This document shows, piece after piece, positions 1-8,690 of a DNA stretch of 64,000 nt. Below the pieces are notes generated by a model. The model did not search any database. It saw only the letters and a program-made list of their open reading frames with translations, and was not told where the DNA came from. Source of the DNA: Candidatus Omnitrophota bacterium (lineage in GTDB: Bacteria > Omnitrophota > Gorgyraeia > Zapsychrales > Fredricksoniimonadaceae); assembly GCA_013286575.1 (NCBI GenBank), contig JABDFL010000001.1, positions 9,905 to 73,904 of the forward strand. Reading direction: 5' to 3'. Within the stretch, counting starts at the first letter, position 1, and each line of letters begins with the position of its first letter. Both the position numbers and the translations under genes were made by a program.

Positions 1-228
1 GACAAGGATTTTAATGTTGTTAAACAGGTGGATATAGCATCGTCAACTCCGCCGGCAGCAACCCCAGCAGCACCGGCAGATCCTGCGCCGGCAGCTGCTT
101 CAGCAGCCCCTGCAACACCTGCCACCCCTGCAACTCCTGCAACCCCATCCCAGGACCAATCCCCTTCAGATCCACCCACATTAAAGGCATTTTTAGGCTC
201 ATTCATTTCAGACCTGAAAAAATCATAA
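1..228 (+). CDS. Partial CDS: C-terminal fragment of an upstream gene with a Pro/Ala/Thr-rich low-complexity tail; the 5' end lies outside the window.
   Basis: Frame 1 is open from base 1 to the stop at 226-228 (ORF track 28..228 is the same frame). Product unknown. Confidence 0.4.
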   Translation, partial: DKDFNVVKQVDIASSTPPAATPAAPADPAPAAASAAPATPATPATPATPSQDQSPSDPPTLKAFLGSFISDLKKS

Positions 229-276
229 ATACTAATACATAGACCGCAGCGTGCTTTTGATGTATACTAGCTTATC

Positions 277-1284
277 TTGAAAATCAAAGAGCTGGCCCTT
301 CTTATAGAAGGCACTATCGAAGGTGACGACAATGTCGATATCACGGATTTAAGCGGCATTGAGTCGGCGCGGCAAGGTGACCTGACCTTTGCCATGGATG
401 AAGATAAGTTGGGGCAGGCAGAAGGCAGCCAAACCGTCTGTGTGTTGACGACGAGAAATTCGAGAAAATCCACCAAGACCCTCATCAGGGTCACCAATCC
501 CAAGCTCGCTTTTTTAATCGCTTATAACGCCTTTCATGAAAGTGTATCGGGTGAGTCTTTCATCCATCCGACGGCCGCCATCGCGGACTCCGTCATTTTG
601 GGAAAAAGCGTGCACATAGACGCGCATGTATCCATTGAAGCCAATGTGGTGATCGGCGACCATACAACGGTCGAAAGCGGTGCCGTGATCAGGAAGAATT
701 GCCAGTTAGGCGTGCATTGCCATATACACCCTAATGTGGTGCTCCATGAAAATACGATCTTAAAAAATAAAGTCGTTTTGCACAGCGGTGTGATCGTCGG
801 TTCAGACGGGTTTGGTTATATCAGGGACCGGGAGGAAATTTATAAATTCCCCCAATTAGGCACGGTGGTCATTGAAGACGCTGTGGAAATAGGGGCCAAC
901 ACCACCATTGACAGGGGTTCTTTAGGCTGCACGATGATCGGGGCGGGGACTAAAATAGATAATCTTTGCCATATCGCGCATAATGTGAAAATAGGTAAAA
1001 ATGTGATCATGGCCGCCCAATGCGGCATTGCCGGAAGCACGGTCATTGGGGACAACGTGACGATGAGCGGACAGGTTGCGGTCATTGATAATGTTACTAT
1101 CGGTCAAAATGTGCGCATCGGAGGCCAAAGCGGGATCATTGGCGATATTAAGGACAATGCCGCTATCTGGGGATCGCCTGCCAGAGAGGTCAAACAGACC
1201 AAAAAACAGATGGCTGTGCTTGCCTGGCTTTCCAAGAATTTTAATGCCCTTTCCCAAATAATAAAAGAAAAAGACCAGGGTTGA
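277..1284 (+). CDS. lpxD: UDP-3-O-acylglucosamine N-acyltransferase (left-handed beta-helix with hexapeptide repeats).
   Basis: 335 aa. The N-terminus resembles LpxD (MKIKELA...[23 protein letters not shown]), followed by many hexapeptide repeats ([29 protein letters not shown]). TTG start. Confidence 0.8.
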   Translation: MKIKELALLIEGTIEGDDNVDITDLSGIESARQGDLTFAMDEDKLGQAEGSQTVCVLTTRNSRKSTKTLIRVTNPKLAFLIAYNAFHESVSGESFIHPTAAIADSVILGKSVHIDAHVSIEANVVIGDHTTVESGAVIRKNCQLGVHCHIHPNVVLHENTILKNKVVLHSGVIVGSDGFGYIRDREEIYKFPQLGTVVIEDAVEIGANTTIDRGSLGCTMIGAGTKIDNLCHIAHNVKIGKNVIMAAQCGIAGSTVIGDNVTMSGQVAVIDNVTIGQNVRIGGQSGIIGDIKDNAAIWGSPAREVKQTKKQMAVLAWLSKNFNALSQIIKEKDQG

Positions 1285-1304
1285 TTCCTGGATCAAGGAG
1301 CACT

Positions 1305-1589
1305 ATGAGCATTGAAACTGAAATAGACGGTTGCATCAATAAATGTGGAAAAGGTTACCGTGAGTGGTACGTGGGGGTTGCCGCTGACCCCGATGAACGG
1401 TTGTTTCAAGGGCATAATGTTTCTCAGGATGGCGGGGCATGGATATACCGCGATGCCGGATCAGAATCCATGGCCAAAATCATTGAAGCTATCTTTCATA
1501 AAAAAGGCTGTAAAGGCGGACAGGGCAGTGCTGACAGCCCGCATTATGTCTATGCCTACAGAATGACACGTACGACACGCGGCATATAA
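1305..1589 (+). CDS. Hypothetical small protein of about 94 aa.
   Basis: ORF 1281..1589. An internal ATG at 1305 is preceded by AGGAG with 8-nt spacing. No recognisable domain. Confidence 0.35.
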   Translation: MSIETEIDGCINKCGKGYREWYVGVAADPDERLFQGHNVSQDGGAWIYRDAGSESMAKIIEAIFHKKGCKGGQGSADSPHYVYAYRMTRTTRGI

Positions 1590-1617
1590 ATCCGGGATTT
1601 CCGCTAAACTGCCCGTC

Positions 1618-1646
1618 TTGACACCTGCCATAGTGGATGGTATACT
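1618..1646 (+). promoter_or_regulatory. Near-consensus sigma70 promoter: TTGACA, 17 bp, TATACT.
   Basis: TTGACA at 1618-1623, a 17-nt spacer, TATACT at 1641-1646, about 100 nt upstream of the 1744 CDS. Confidence 0.5.
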
Positions 1647-1743
1647 TTCCCCCAACATACTGAAATAGGAAAATTTAGACTTCTGTGGAAAAATTATTCT
1701 GACTTCCACTAAAGGCAGCCCTGCTTTTGGTGAACCATTAAGG

Positions 1744-4668
1744 ATGTATTTTATGATGAGAAATTTTGGTATTGGTTTTTTGGTGTTCTGTTTTGTTTTT
1801 TCCAGCGTTAATTTGGGCCTGGCGGCCCAGGTCGTAGAAGTCCCGCCCATCATTGTCGAGCCTTCCTATAATTTAAGTGAAATAAACGAGCAGATGCTTG
1901 AGCAGGACAGGATAAACCGGGACCAGGAATTAGCGATCAAAGGCCTTGCCGAGCAAAACCAGAGTCTCGCCCAGACAGCCCAACAGGACAGCACTCTTGA
2001 TCAAATCAACCAAACCATGCTTAATTACCGCAATGCGCTTTTAGAACGCGACCGCGCCCGTATCATGGCCAATGGCCTGAGGGCTTCCCGGTACGATGAT
2101 CTGATCGCCTTGACTGAAGATGTCGACGGCATGAAAGGCGTCGGCCCGACCTTACAGCTTAAAAGTGACCTGATCGAACAGAAATATAAAATCCTCATGG
2201 ACCTTAAAAATGAGATGGTCGTCCTGAATAAAAAGCTCGAAGAAGAAGCGCTGCATAAGCATTCTGAAAACATAAACCAGGAACAAGCACAAAAAATCCT
2301 GTTCCTCACCCAAAGATTGGCTGAATTGGACCAAAGGGTCTCCCGTTACGACGAGATCTTGGCCGAAAAAGACCAGCAGATCGCCCAATTGAAATTTAGT
2401 TTAGCCGGGGCCCGAAAAGAGGCCGCGGGTAAAGATATCCAGTTAGGCCAATTGAGGCTGCAGTTGTCCCAAACACAGACCCAGGTGGGTTTATTAAAAT
2501 CAGAACTTGAGAACAGGATCGCCCGAGAGAATAATCAGGACCAGGAGAGCTCTGCCCAAAAAGCCCAAGTGGACCAATTGAAAATGCAGTTGTCCCAAAA
2601 ACAGGCCCAGGTGGATTTATTAAAATCAGAACTTGAGAATAAGATCACCGAAGAGAATAATCAAGGCCAAGAGGCTTCCGCCAAAGATGAGATGGTCAAA
2701 CAGCAGCGCGATCAGATAACTGTTTTGAAGGCACAGGCGCAGGAATTATCTTCTAAAGAAGAGCTGATGCAATCACAGGCAGACCAAATGGCCAAGGAAT
2801 TAGGATTATACAAGGACCAGGGCACGGCGTATGCCAGCCTGCAGGCCGAGTTTATGGCTTTAAAAAATAAAATCAGCAGCCAGGCCGTTGATTTAAAAAT
2901 CAAGAATGAATCCATCCGCTGGTTAAACCAGGTCCTGGCCGTTACCAAAAACAAGGCGGAATATTATAGGTTGACTGCCCAGCAGGACCGCATGACGATG
3001 CGGCAAGTCCAGGATGCAGTGCTGAAGGTCAAGGATGATTTTACCCGGCATTTTAAGGATTACGATCAATTTGAAAATGCCATTATTTCCTTAAAGGAGC
3101 AGGTGGGCCGTATGGGCGGGTTATTATCCCAAAAGCAGGAGCAGGTGGAACTGTTAACACAGTCACAGCAGGAGCTAAAGGCCCAGCTTCGGGAAAAAGA
3201 AAATCAAATAGACGATCGCATCAGCTTGGCCAAACATTTGATCGCCCTGCAGCAGCAGGAAGCATCTTTATTGCAGGAGAAAGGCAGCCTCGAGGCAAGT
3301 CAAAACGACCTTTTTGACAGGCATTTCCTTGATCTTGAGAAGAAAATCAAGGGCTTGGCTGCCAATCACCAACTTCAGGCCATGGATCTGCAAAGCCGTA
3401 TGGAAGAATTGAGAGAAGAACTTGAGCTTAAAGAGCAGCAGGGGAAGTCGCTCAGGACAGAATTAGAAAATAAGATTGCCGACGAGAAAAACCAAAGCGT
3501 GCTGGCCTCCCAGATCCAGGATTTGGAAGCCCAGCTCCAGGATAAGGAAAACCAGATCAGCGCCATGAAAACGGAAATCCAGTCAGGCCGGGAGACACAA
3601 GACCAAACAGACACCCTGAGGCAGCAATTGGCGGACCAGCAGAATAAAGCGGATGTACTAAAGCAGGAGCTAGACAGTAAGAATGCCCAATCCGACAAAA
3701 TGACCCTGATGATCTCCGATTATCAGCAAAAACTGGAGTCCAAGGACAATGCCTATAATGAAGAATTGCAGCAGGTGCTGGATTCCAAAAATGCCCAGGC
3801 CCAGATGGAAGGGCAGATCGTTGATTTAAATGCCCGGCTGCAGCAAAAAGAGGCGCAGATCGTCGAGATTAAAAAGAACTTGTACGATTTACAGCAATCA
3901 ATGGGGGCCAGGGACAGGGAGTCCCAAACCCATGATCTAAGCCTTTCCATAATGCAGCAGAAAATGCTGGATGGGAAGATCAATGAATATCAGGACAAAA
4001 TAAATGGATTGCAGGCAACCAATGACAGGCAGGCAGGGCAGGTGGCAAAACTTAAAGCTGATTTGGCACTGGCCCGCCAGCAGCTGGTCGGCGGCATGCC
4101 CAGCAGCGACGAGATTGATTTCCTGAGGGCAGGGCTTAATAAGGCCGCCCTGCAGTTAAAGCAAAAAGATGCGATGCTTTTACAAATCAAGGCCAATGCC
4201 GATGAGTATGAAAAAGAATTCAAGGAGCAGACCCAGGAATTTTTAAGCTTAAAGGAGCAGTTGCAAAATGCCCTGGATAAAATCAGCCGCAAGGATGAAG
4301 ACCTGACATACAAAAACATGGAAATAATCCGCCTCAAAGAGCGTTCCCATAATTTGGGGAATGGTGATTTGCAAAACCAGGTGAGGGTATTGACCCGGAA
4401 GCTTGAGGCTGCCGAGAAAAGACTCCGCAGTAAAACCTATGGGGGCGGGAAAGCAGGGATACTGGAAGGCCAGTTAGAGGACGCCAACGAACAGATCAAA
4501 GAGCTCCATGCCCAGTTAAATGAGTTCATCCTACCTGCCAAAAGCGATGCCCTTAGGGAAAAATTAAAACAGGCTTTGGATAAAGTTGATCAACAGGGAC
4601 ATATGATCAATGTCTTGGTCCAGAAATTGCAGGACGCCGGGAAGAGTGTCAATCTCAGCCAACTGTAG
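1744..4668 (+). CDS. Very large secreted or membrane-anchored coiled-coil protein (974 aa).
   Basis: N-terminal hydrophobic signal or TM segment (FGIGFLVFCFVFSSVNLGLAAQ). The rest is rich in Q/E/K/L heptad-like sequence with repeated LKSELENKI and QLQ motifs. No enzymatic domain recognised. Confidence 0.7.
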   Translation: MYFMMRNFGIGFLVFCFVFSSVNLGLAAQVVEVPPIIVEPSYNLSEINEQMLEQDRINRDQELAIKGLAEQNQSLAQTAQQDSTLDQINQTMLNYRNALLERDRARIMANGLRASRYDDLIALTEDVDGMKGVGPTLQLKSDLIEQKYKILMDLKNEMVVLNKKLEEEALHKHSENINQEQAQKILFLTQRLAELDQRVSRYDEILAEKDQQIAQLKFSLAGARKEAAGKDIQLGQLRLQLSQTQTQVGLLKSELENRIARENNQDQESSAQKAQVDQLKMQLSQKQAQVDLLKSELENKITEENNQGQEASAKDEMVKQQRDQITVLKAQAQELSSKEELMQSQADQMAKELGLYKDQGTAYASLQAEFMALKNKISSQAVDLKIKNESIRWLNQVLAVTKNKAEYYRLTAQQDRMTMRQVQDAVLKVKDDFTRHFKDYDQFENAIISLKEQVGRMGGLLSQKQEQVELLTQSQQELKAQLREKENQIDDRISLAKHLIALQQQEASLLQEKGSLEASQNDLFDRHFLDLEKKIKGLAANHQLQAMDLQSRMEELREELELKEQQGKSLRTELENKIADEKNQSVLASQIQDLEAQLQDKENQISAMKTEIQSGRETQDQTDTLRQQLADQQNKADVLKQELDSKNAQSDKMTLMISDYQQKLESKDNAYNEELQQVLDSKNAQAQMEGQIVDLNARLQQKEAQIVEIKKNLYDLQQSMGARDRESQTHDLSLSIMQQKMLDGKINEYQDKINGLQATNDRQAGQVAKLKADLALARQQLVGGMPSSDEIDFLRAGLNKAALQLKQKDAMLLQIKANADEYEKEFKEQTQEFLSLKEQLQNALDKISRKDEDLTYKNMEIIRLKERSHNLGNGDLQNQVRVLTRKLEAAEKRLRSKTYGGGKAGILEGQLEDANEQIKELHAQLNEFILPAKSDALREKLKQALDKVDQQGHMINVLVQKLQDAGKSVNLSQL
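2461..2706 (+). repeat. Intragenic tandem duplication of about 2 x 123 bp (about 85% identity) inside the coiled-coil gene.
   Basis: cagttgtcccaaa.acag.cccaggtgg.tttattaaaatcagaacttgagaa... occurs at 2461 and again at 2587. The protein repeats are LSQTQTQVGLLKSELENRIARENNQDQESSAQK and LSQKQAQVDLLKSELENKITEENNQGQEASAK. Confidence 0.7.
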
Positions 4669-5014
4669 CGCGGACCTTTTCTAATAAGTCCGGGGTGTTG
4701 ACAGGTTTTAAGAGGTAGGCTTTGATCCTGTGCCGTTTAAACAATGGCTCTGTCTTGCTTTCGGCAGTCAGGACAATGACGGGGATTGCGGCAATGGCAG
4801 GGTCGCTGTTTTTCTTCATGATAAAGGTATAGCCATCCATCTTGGGCATGTGCACGTCCAACAAAATCAGGTCCGGTATTTTCTTCTTCAATACTTCCAA
4901 AGCTTGCTCGCCATCTTCAGCCGAAATGACATCATACCCATTGCTTTGGAGCGTGTGTTTAATAAGATCAACATTGACACGATCGTCATCCACCACAAAA
5001 ATACATTTAGGCAT
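4655..5014 (-). CDS. Stand-alone response-regulator receiver (CheY-like REC) domain protein.
   Basis: 119 aa: VVDDDRVNVDLIKHTLQSNGYDV...LILLDVHMPKMDGYTF...VIVLTA..K. Has the phospho-acceptor Asp and conserved Lys, and no output domain. Its 3' end overlaps the end of the convergent 1744..4668 gene by 14 nt. Confidence 0.8.
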   Translation of the reverse strand: MPKCIFVVDDDRVNVDLIKHTLQSNGYDVISAEDGEQALEVLKKKIPDLILLDVHMPKMDGYTFIMKKNSDPAIAAIPVIVLTAESKTEPLFKRHRIKAYLLKPVNTPDLLEKVRATVG

Positions 5015-5122
5015 CAGTTTTTAGTCCTTATTTTATTTCCGCGTTGGCTTTGTTCCCCGGATTCTATCTTTTACTAAATTACCGGGCTTGTCAACGTTTT
5101 TAAAAACAGTTTTTGACCGGCC

Positions 5123-5191
5123 TCATCGTTCATTTTTGTCCAAAGATCTGTAACCGACAGCCTCGGCGATATGCGGGGCTTCGATGGTTCC
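5123..5191 (-). pseudogene. Orphan duplicate of the comM 3' end. It encodes ...GTIEAPHIAEAVGYRSLDKNER*, whereas comM ends ...PEHIAEAVGYRSLDRASF*.
   Basis: Translation of the minus strand gives a 12/12 aa match to the ComM C-terminus with many synonymous DNA differences. It lies just beyond the RAYT gene, on the side away from comM. Confidence 0.5.
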
Positions 5192-5216
5192 ATTATACCT
5201 CCGGGAGGTGTAATGG
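5190..5216. repeat. 27-nt near-perfect palindrome (REP-like hairpin) CCATTATACCTCC-G-GGAGGTGTAATGG. It overlaps the 3' end of the RAYT gene.
   Basis: Self-complementary with one mismatch. A second copy lies at 5513-5539. Confidence 0.7.
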
Positions 5217-5714
5217 TGTGGAAGCAGAAGAATAGGGCCACTCTTCAGGCGTTTTTATAATATTTTCTTTAACAGGATTGTAATGCACGTATTGGATCCG
5301 GTTATTCAATCCCTTTATATCCAGAATGATTCGGTTGCCAAATCGATTTTGCCATAATGGTCCCCGCCGATTGTGTCTTAAGTTGAAATAATTGGAATAA
5401 GCATTTAATGTCCTTCGCATAAAGGTTTCAATTCCCTTATTTTCCAATTGTTGAAGTATGAAATGGACGTGGGTGGGCATTAGGCAGAAAGCAATGATGT
5501 TTACTAAAGGGACCATTACACCTCCGGGTGGTGTGATGGCGGTTCTTTTTATTACGTAACTAAAAGGCCTGATATGTCCGTCATATCTGTAGTATTCCAT
5601 TAGCCCCAGCATTCTTTGGTATTCTTCTTTACAACTGAAGATCGTATACCCGTAGATGCTTTTGTTATAAATGTGATGGAATGATTTATTTTCAAAAGGA
5701 CAAAGGCGTTTCAT
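5193..5714 (-). CDS. REP-associated tyrosine transposase (RAYT), of the IS200/IS605 TnpA-like HUH Y1 family.
   Basis: 173 aa. HuH motif MPTHVHFIL. C-terminal block YVHYNPVKENIIKTPEEWPYSS matches the RAYT signature (Y...NPV...WP.SS). Both palindrome copies are translated within the ORF (ITPPGGVMV internally, TPLHLPEV at the C-terminus). Confidence 0.75.
   Translation of the reverse strand: MKRLCPFENKSFHHIYNKSIYGYTIFSCKEEYQRMLGLMEYYRYDGHIRPFSYVIKRTAITPPGGVMVPLVNIIAFCLMPTHVHFILQQLENKGIETFMRRTLNAYSNYFNLRHNRRGPLWQNRFGNRIILDIKGLNNRIQYVHYNPVKENIIKTPEEWPYSSASTPLHLPEV
5513..5539. repeat. Second copy of the REP-like palindrome (CCATTACACCTCC-G-GGTGGTGTGATGG, 2 mismatches), inside the RAYT coding sequence.
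   Basis: Same orientation as the copy at 5190-5216. It encodes an in-frame extra segment upstream of the HuH motif. Confidence 0.7.
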
Positions 5715-5720
5715 ATATTT

Positions 5721-7247
5721 TTAAAAAGAAGCCCTATCCAACGACCGGTATCCAACGGCTTCAGCAATATGTTCGGGTAAGATAACATCACTTCCAGCCA
5801 AGTCACTGATGGTGCGGGCGATTTTAAGGATTTTATCGTGCGCCCTTGCTGAGAATTTCAGTTCCTCCATGGCTGAGACCAATATCCTTTTGGCTTCTTT
5901 TGTAAGAGCACAAAAATTGCGCAAGTGCGCGCTTTCCATGTGGGCGTTGCATAAGACGGGTTGGCCCTGGAATCTCTGCCATTGCAGCTGGCGCGCCCGG
6001 GTGGTGCGCGCTTTGATGGCCAGGGACGTCTCTTCCAGGGGGACATCGATGAGTTCACGGGTTTTTAAAGGCAGGGCGTGCAAATGGATGTCGATGCGGT
6101 CGAGCAGGGGGCCGGAAATTTTTTGCCGGTAACGCTCAACCTGCAGGGAAGAGCAGCGGCAAATTTTTCCTGCCACGTCCTTCCAGCCGCACGGGCACGG
6201 GTTCATCGCCGCAAGGAGCATAAAGCGGGTGGGAAATCGTAAACTCCCCCTGGAGCGCGCGATGGTGACATACCCGTCTTCTAAGGGCTGTCTCAAAACT
6301 TCCAGCACATGGCGGTTGAATTCCAGGAATTCATCCAGGAATAAAACGCCGTTATGCGCCAGGGTCACTTCACCCGGGCGGGGCCCGCTGCCGCCGCCGA
6401 TAATGGCCGTGTCCGAGGCCGTGTGATGAGGTGCCCTAAAGGGGCGCTGGGTGATAATACCGTCGGTGTTTCTAAGCAGGCCGGCCACCGAATGGATCTG
6501 GGTGGTTTGCAGCACTTCGGCCGGCGTCATGTCCGGTAAAATGGTGGGCAGGCGTTTGGCCAGCATGGTCTTGCCGCTGCCGGGAGCGCCGATGAGCAGG
6601 ACATTATGCCCGCCGGCAGCTGCTACCTCAAGGCCCCGTTTAAGGGATTGCTGGGCCTTGACTTCGCTAAAATCCAAACGGCTGGGACGGGAATTCTTAA
6701 GCAGGAAATCAAAATCTGTTTTTACAGGCGTCAGCGTTTGCGGGTCCATTAAAAAAGCCACCACTTCGTTTAAATGCCGCGCAGGGAAAACCGGACAGCC
6801 GGCCAGGGCCGCTTCTTTGGCATTTTCAAAAGGAACTATAAGGCCCCGGCAATTACTGGAGGCCGCAGCCAGCGCAACAGACAAAGCACCCTGCACAGGC
6901 TGTACGCGTCCGTCCAAAGAAAGTTCACCTAAAAAAGCATACGGGTCTAAAGCCTCCTGAGATATTAAGCCCTGTGCTGCCAAAACACCCAGGGCAATGG
7001 CCAGATCATAACAGGCCCCTTGCTTTTTGGTGTCCGCAGGCGATAAATTGATGGTGATCCTTTGGGTGGGAAATTCAAAGTCGCTGTTTTTGATGGCCGC
7101 GCGGATGCGCTCACGGCTTTCTTTAACAGCATTGTCCGGCAAGCCGACAACGATGGTGTTGGGTAATCCAGCGCTTATATCCGTTTCAATGGCAACAGGA
7201 TAGGCTTCCAGGCCGCAAAGGCCAAACGAAGAGATTCGGGCTAGCAT
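5721..7247 (-). CDS. comM: Mg-chelatase-like AAA+ ATPase of the YifB/ComM family.
   Basis: ORF track 5721..7307. The conserved N-terminus MLARISSFGL...GLPNTIVVGLPDNAVKESRERI begins at the Met at 7247. Walker A GAPGSGKT, sensor motifs and a C-terminal helix-turn-helix-like tail are present. Confidence 0.85.
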   Translation of the reverse strand: MLARISSFGLCGLEAYPVAIETDISAGLPNTIVVGLPDNAVKESRERIRAAIKNSDFEFPTQRITINLSPADTKKQGACYDLAIALGVLAAQGLISQEALDPYAFLGELSLDGRVQPVQGALSVALAAASSNCRGLIVPFENAKEAALAGCPVFPARHLNEVVAFLMDPQTLTPVKTDFDFLLKNSRPSRLDFSEVKAQQSLKRGLEVAAAGGHNVLLIGAPGSGKTMLAKRLPTILPDMTPAEVLQTTQIHSVAGLLRNTDGIITQRPFRAPHHTASDTAIIGGGSGPRPGEVTLAHNGVLFLDEFLEFNRHVLEVLRQPLEDGYVTIARSRGSLRFPTRFMLLAAMNPCPCGWKDVAGKICRCSSLQVERYRQKISGPLLDRIDIHLHALPLKTRELIDVPLEETSLAIKARTTRARQLQWQRFQGQPVLCNAHMESAHLRNFCALTKEAKRILVSAMEELKFSARAHDKILKIARTISDLAGSDVILPEHIAEAVGYRSLDRASF

Positions 7248-7381
7248 ATGAAGTCCACTATGGTAGGGGGAATTAACGGTCACACAACGCTTGCTTGGGG
7301 GAAGCAAGCATCACTTGCTTTTTTGAAGAGCAAGGATATAATGTAAGCCTAACATAAACAGGATTATCCGTCAAATTTTTC

Positions 7382-7843
7382 ATGCTAGGCCTATACCCAC
7401 ATTCGTTTTTTCCGGAGATATTTGATAACCGGATCCTTTTGATCACCTTGCTCGTTTGGGTCCTGGCCCAGATGATCAAGGTCCTTTTGGGGATTTTGAA
7501 GGAGAAACGGTTTAATTTCCGTTGGTTTATCGGCACCGGCGGCATGCCTTCCAGCCACGCGGCCGGAGCGTCGGCGTTGGCGACCTCGGTAGGGTTGGAA
7601 TACGGTTTTAACAGCCCTTTGTTTGCAGTAGCCGCTTCTTTTGCCATCGTAACGATGTTTGATGCCCAGGGGGTGCGCCGCGCCACAGGTTATCAGGCCA
7701 CCATCCTTAATAAAATGATGGATGATATTTATTCCAAAGGCCAGGTTGAAGAGCAAAGGCTTAAAGAATTAGTGGGGCATACGCCCAGGGAAGTGTTGGC
7801 AGGGTTTATTTTTGGCGTTATTTGCGCCATGATTTTATACTAG
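7382..7843 (+). CDS. Divergent PAP2 / acid phosphatase-vanadium haloperoxidase-related membrane protein (DUF212, YuiD-like).
   Basis: 153 aa, with motifs GGMPSSHAAGASALATSVG and TMFDAQGVRR. Confidence 0.7.
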   Translation: MLGLYPHSFFPEIFDNRILLITLLVWVLAQMIKVLLGILKEKRFNFRWFIGTGGMPSSHAAGASALATSVGLEYGFNSPLFAVAASFAIVTMFDAQGVRRATGYQATILNKMMDDIYSKGQVEEQRLKELVGHTPREVLAGFIFGVICAMILY

Positions 7844-7851
7844 GAGGACCC

Positions 7852-8676
7852 ATGAACCAGAAGATTTTAGTCGGTATTGTAGCAGCCATTGTATTAGTCG
7901 TTGGCACCGTCGTCGTGCTTCATCAACACAAAGCAGCAGCTGCTGCCCAGGATTCCGAGGAAACAAACGTCCCAGTTAACCAGCTCTTAGACCAGGCATC
8001 CAAGTACGAGGCCGATGGGGACAAACTTAAAGCCAAGGAAGCTTATGACCAAATCATCAGTAATTATCCGGATTATGAAAAGATCGAAGACGTGCAGGAC
8101 AAACTTGGCGCATTGAACATCGACCTTATTTTTTCTCCCGCCCAAATGCCCCAAACTATTTCTTATGAAATCGTCCCCGGGGATTCTTTAGGGAAATTGG
8201 CGCGGAAATTCGGCACCACGACCCAGCTTATCAAAAGGGCCAACGGGCTCAAGAGTGATGTGATCCGCACAGGCGAGACGCTGCGGATATGGACGGCACC
8301 CTTTAATATCCTGATCAACAAATCACAGAATGTCCTGTTCCTCAAGTCCGGCGAAGAGGTGCTTAAAATTTATCATGTGTCGACGGGAAAGGACAATATT
8401 ACGCCGGTGGGTTCCTTTAAGATCGCCAGCAAAATAGAAAATCCGGTATGGTATAGAAATGGAGGGGCGCCCATTCCCTCTGAAAGCCCTGAGAATGAAT
8501 TAGGCAGCCGTTGGATGGGTTTTGATAAAGACCCGCATTACGGCATCCACGGCACCCTTCATCCCGAATCCATCGGGCAGCAGGTGACGGCCGGCTGTGT
8601 CCGCCTGAAGAACGAGGATGTCGAGGAGCTTTTTGACATCGTACCCGTCGGGACTGAAGTGACCATCCAAAATTAA
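7852..8676 (+). CDS. L,D-transpeptidase (YkuD domain) with an N-terminal TM segment and a LysM domain.
   Basis: ATG at 7852 is preceded by AGGAGG. LysM: YEIVPGDSLGKLARKFGTTTQLIKRANGL. Catalytic region HGTLHPESIGQQVTAGCVRL contains Cys. Confidence 0.8.
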   Translation: MNQKILVGIVAAIVLVVGTVVVLHQHKAAAAAQDSEETNVPVNQLLDQASKYEADGDKLKAKEAYDQIISNYPDYEKIEDVQDKLGALNIDLIFSPAQMPQTISYEIVPGDSLGKLARKFGTTTQLIKRANGLKSDVIRTGETLRIWTAPFNILINKSQNVLFLKSGEEVLKIYHVSTGKDNITPVGSFKIASKIENPVWYRNGGAPIPSESPENELGSRWMGFDKDPHYGIHGTLHPESIGQQVTAGCVRLKNEDVEELFDIVPVGTEVTIQN

Positions 8677-8690
8677 TTTTAAGGACATTT

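Noticed and set aside
5127-5246. Alternative reading of the region after the RAYT stop as a small independent ORF (MEPSKPRISPRLSVTDLWTKMNDEAGQKLF...).
   Set aside because: A different frame of the same DNA reproduces the ComM C-terminal peptide exactly (12/12 aa), which is a far less probable coincidence. The region is therefore treated as a gene-tail remnant, not a new small gene.
7248-7307. The 20 N-terminal codons of the ORF-track comM (MLPPSKRCVTVNSPYHSGLH).
   Set aside because: The conserved ComM N-terminus (MLARISSFGL...) begins at the internal Met at 7247. The upstream extension has no RBS and overlaps a GC-rich hairpin (GCTTGCTT-GGGG-GAAGCAAGC). It is likely a 5' UTR.
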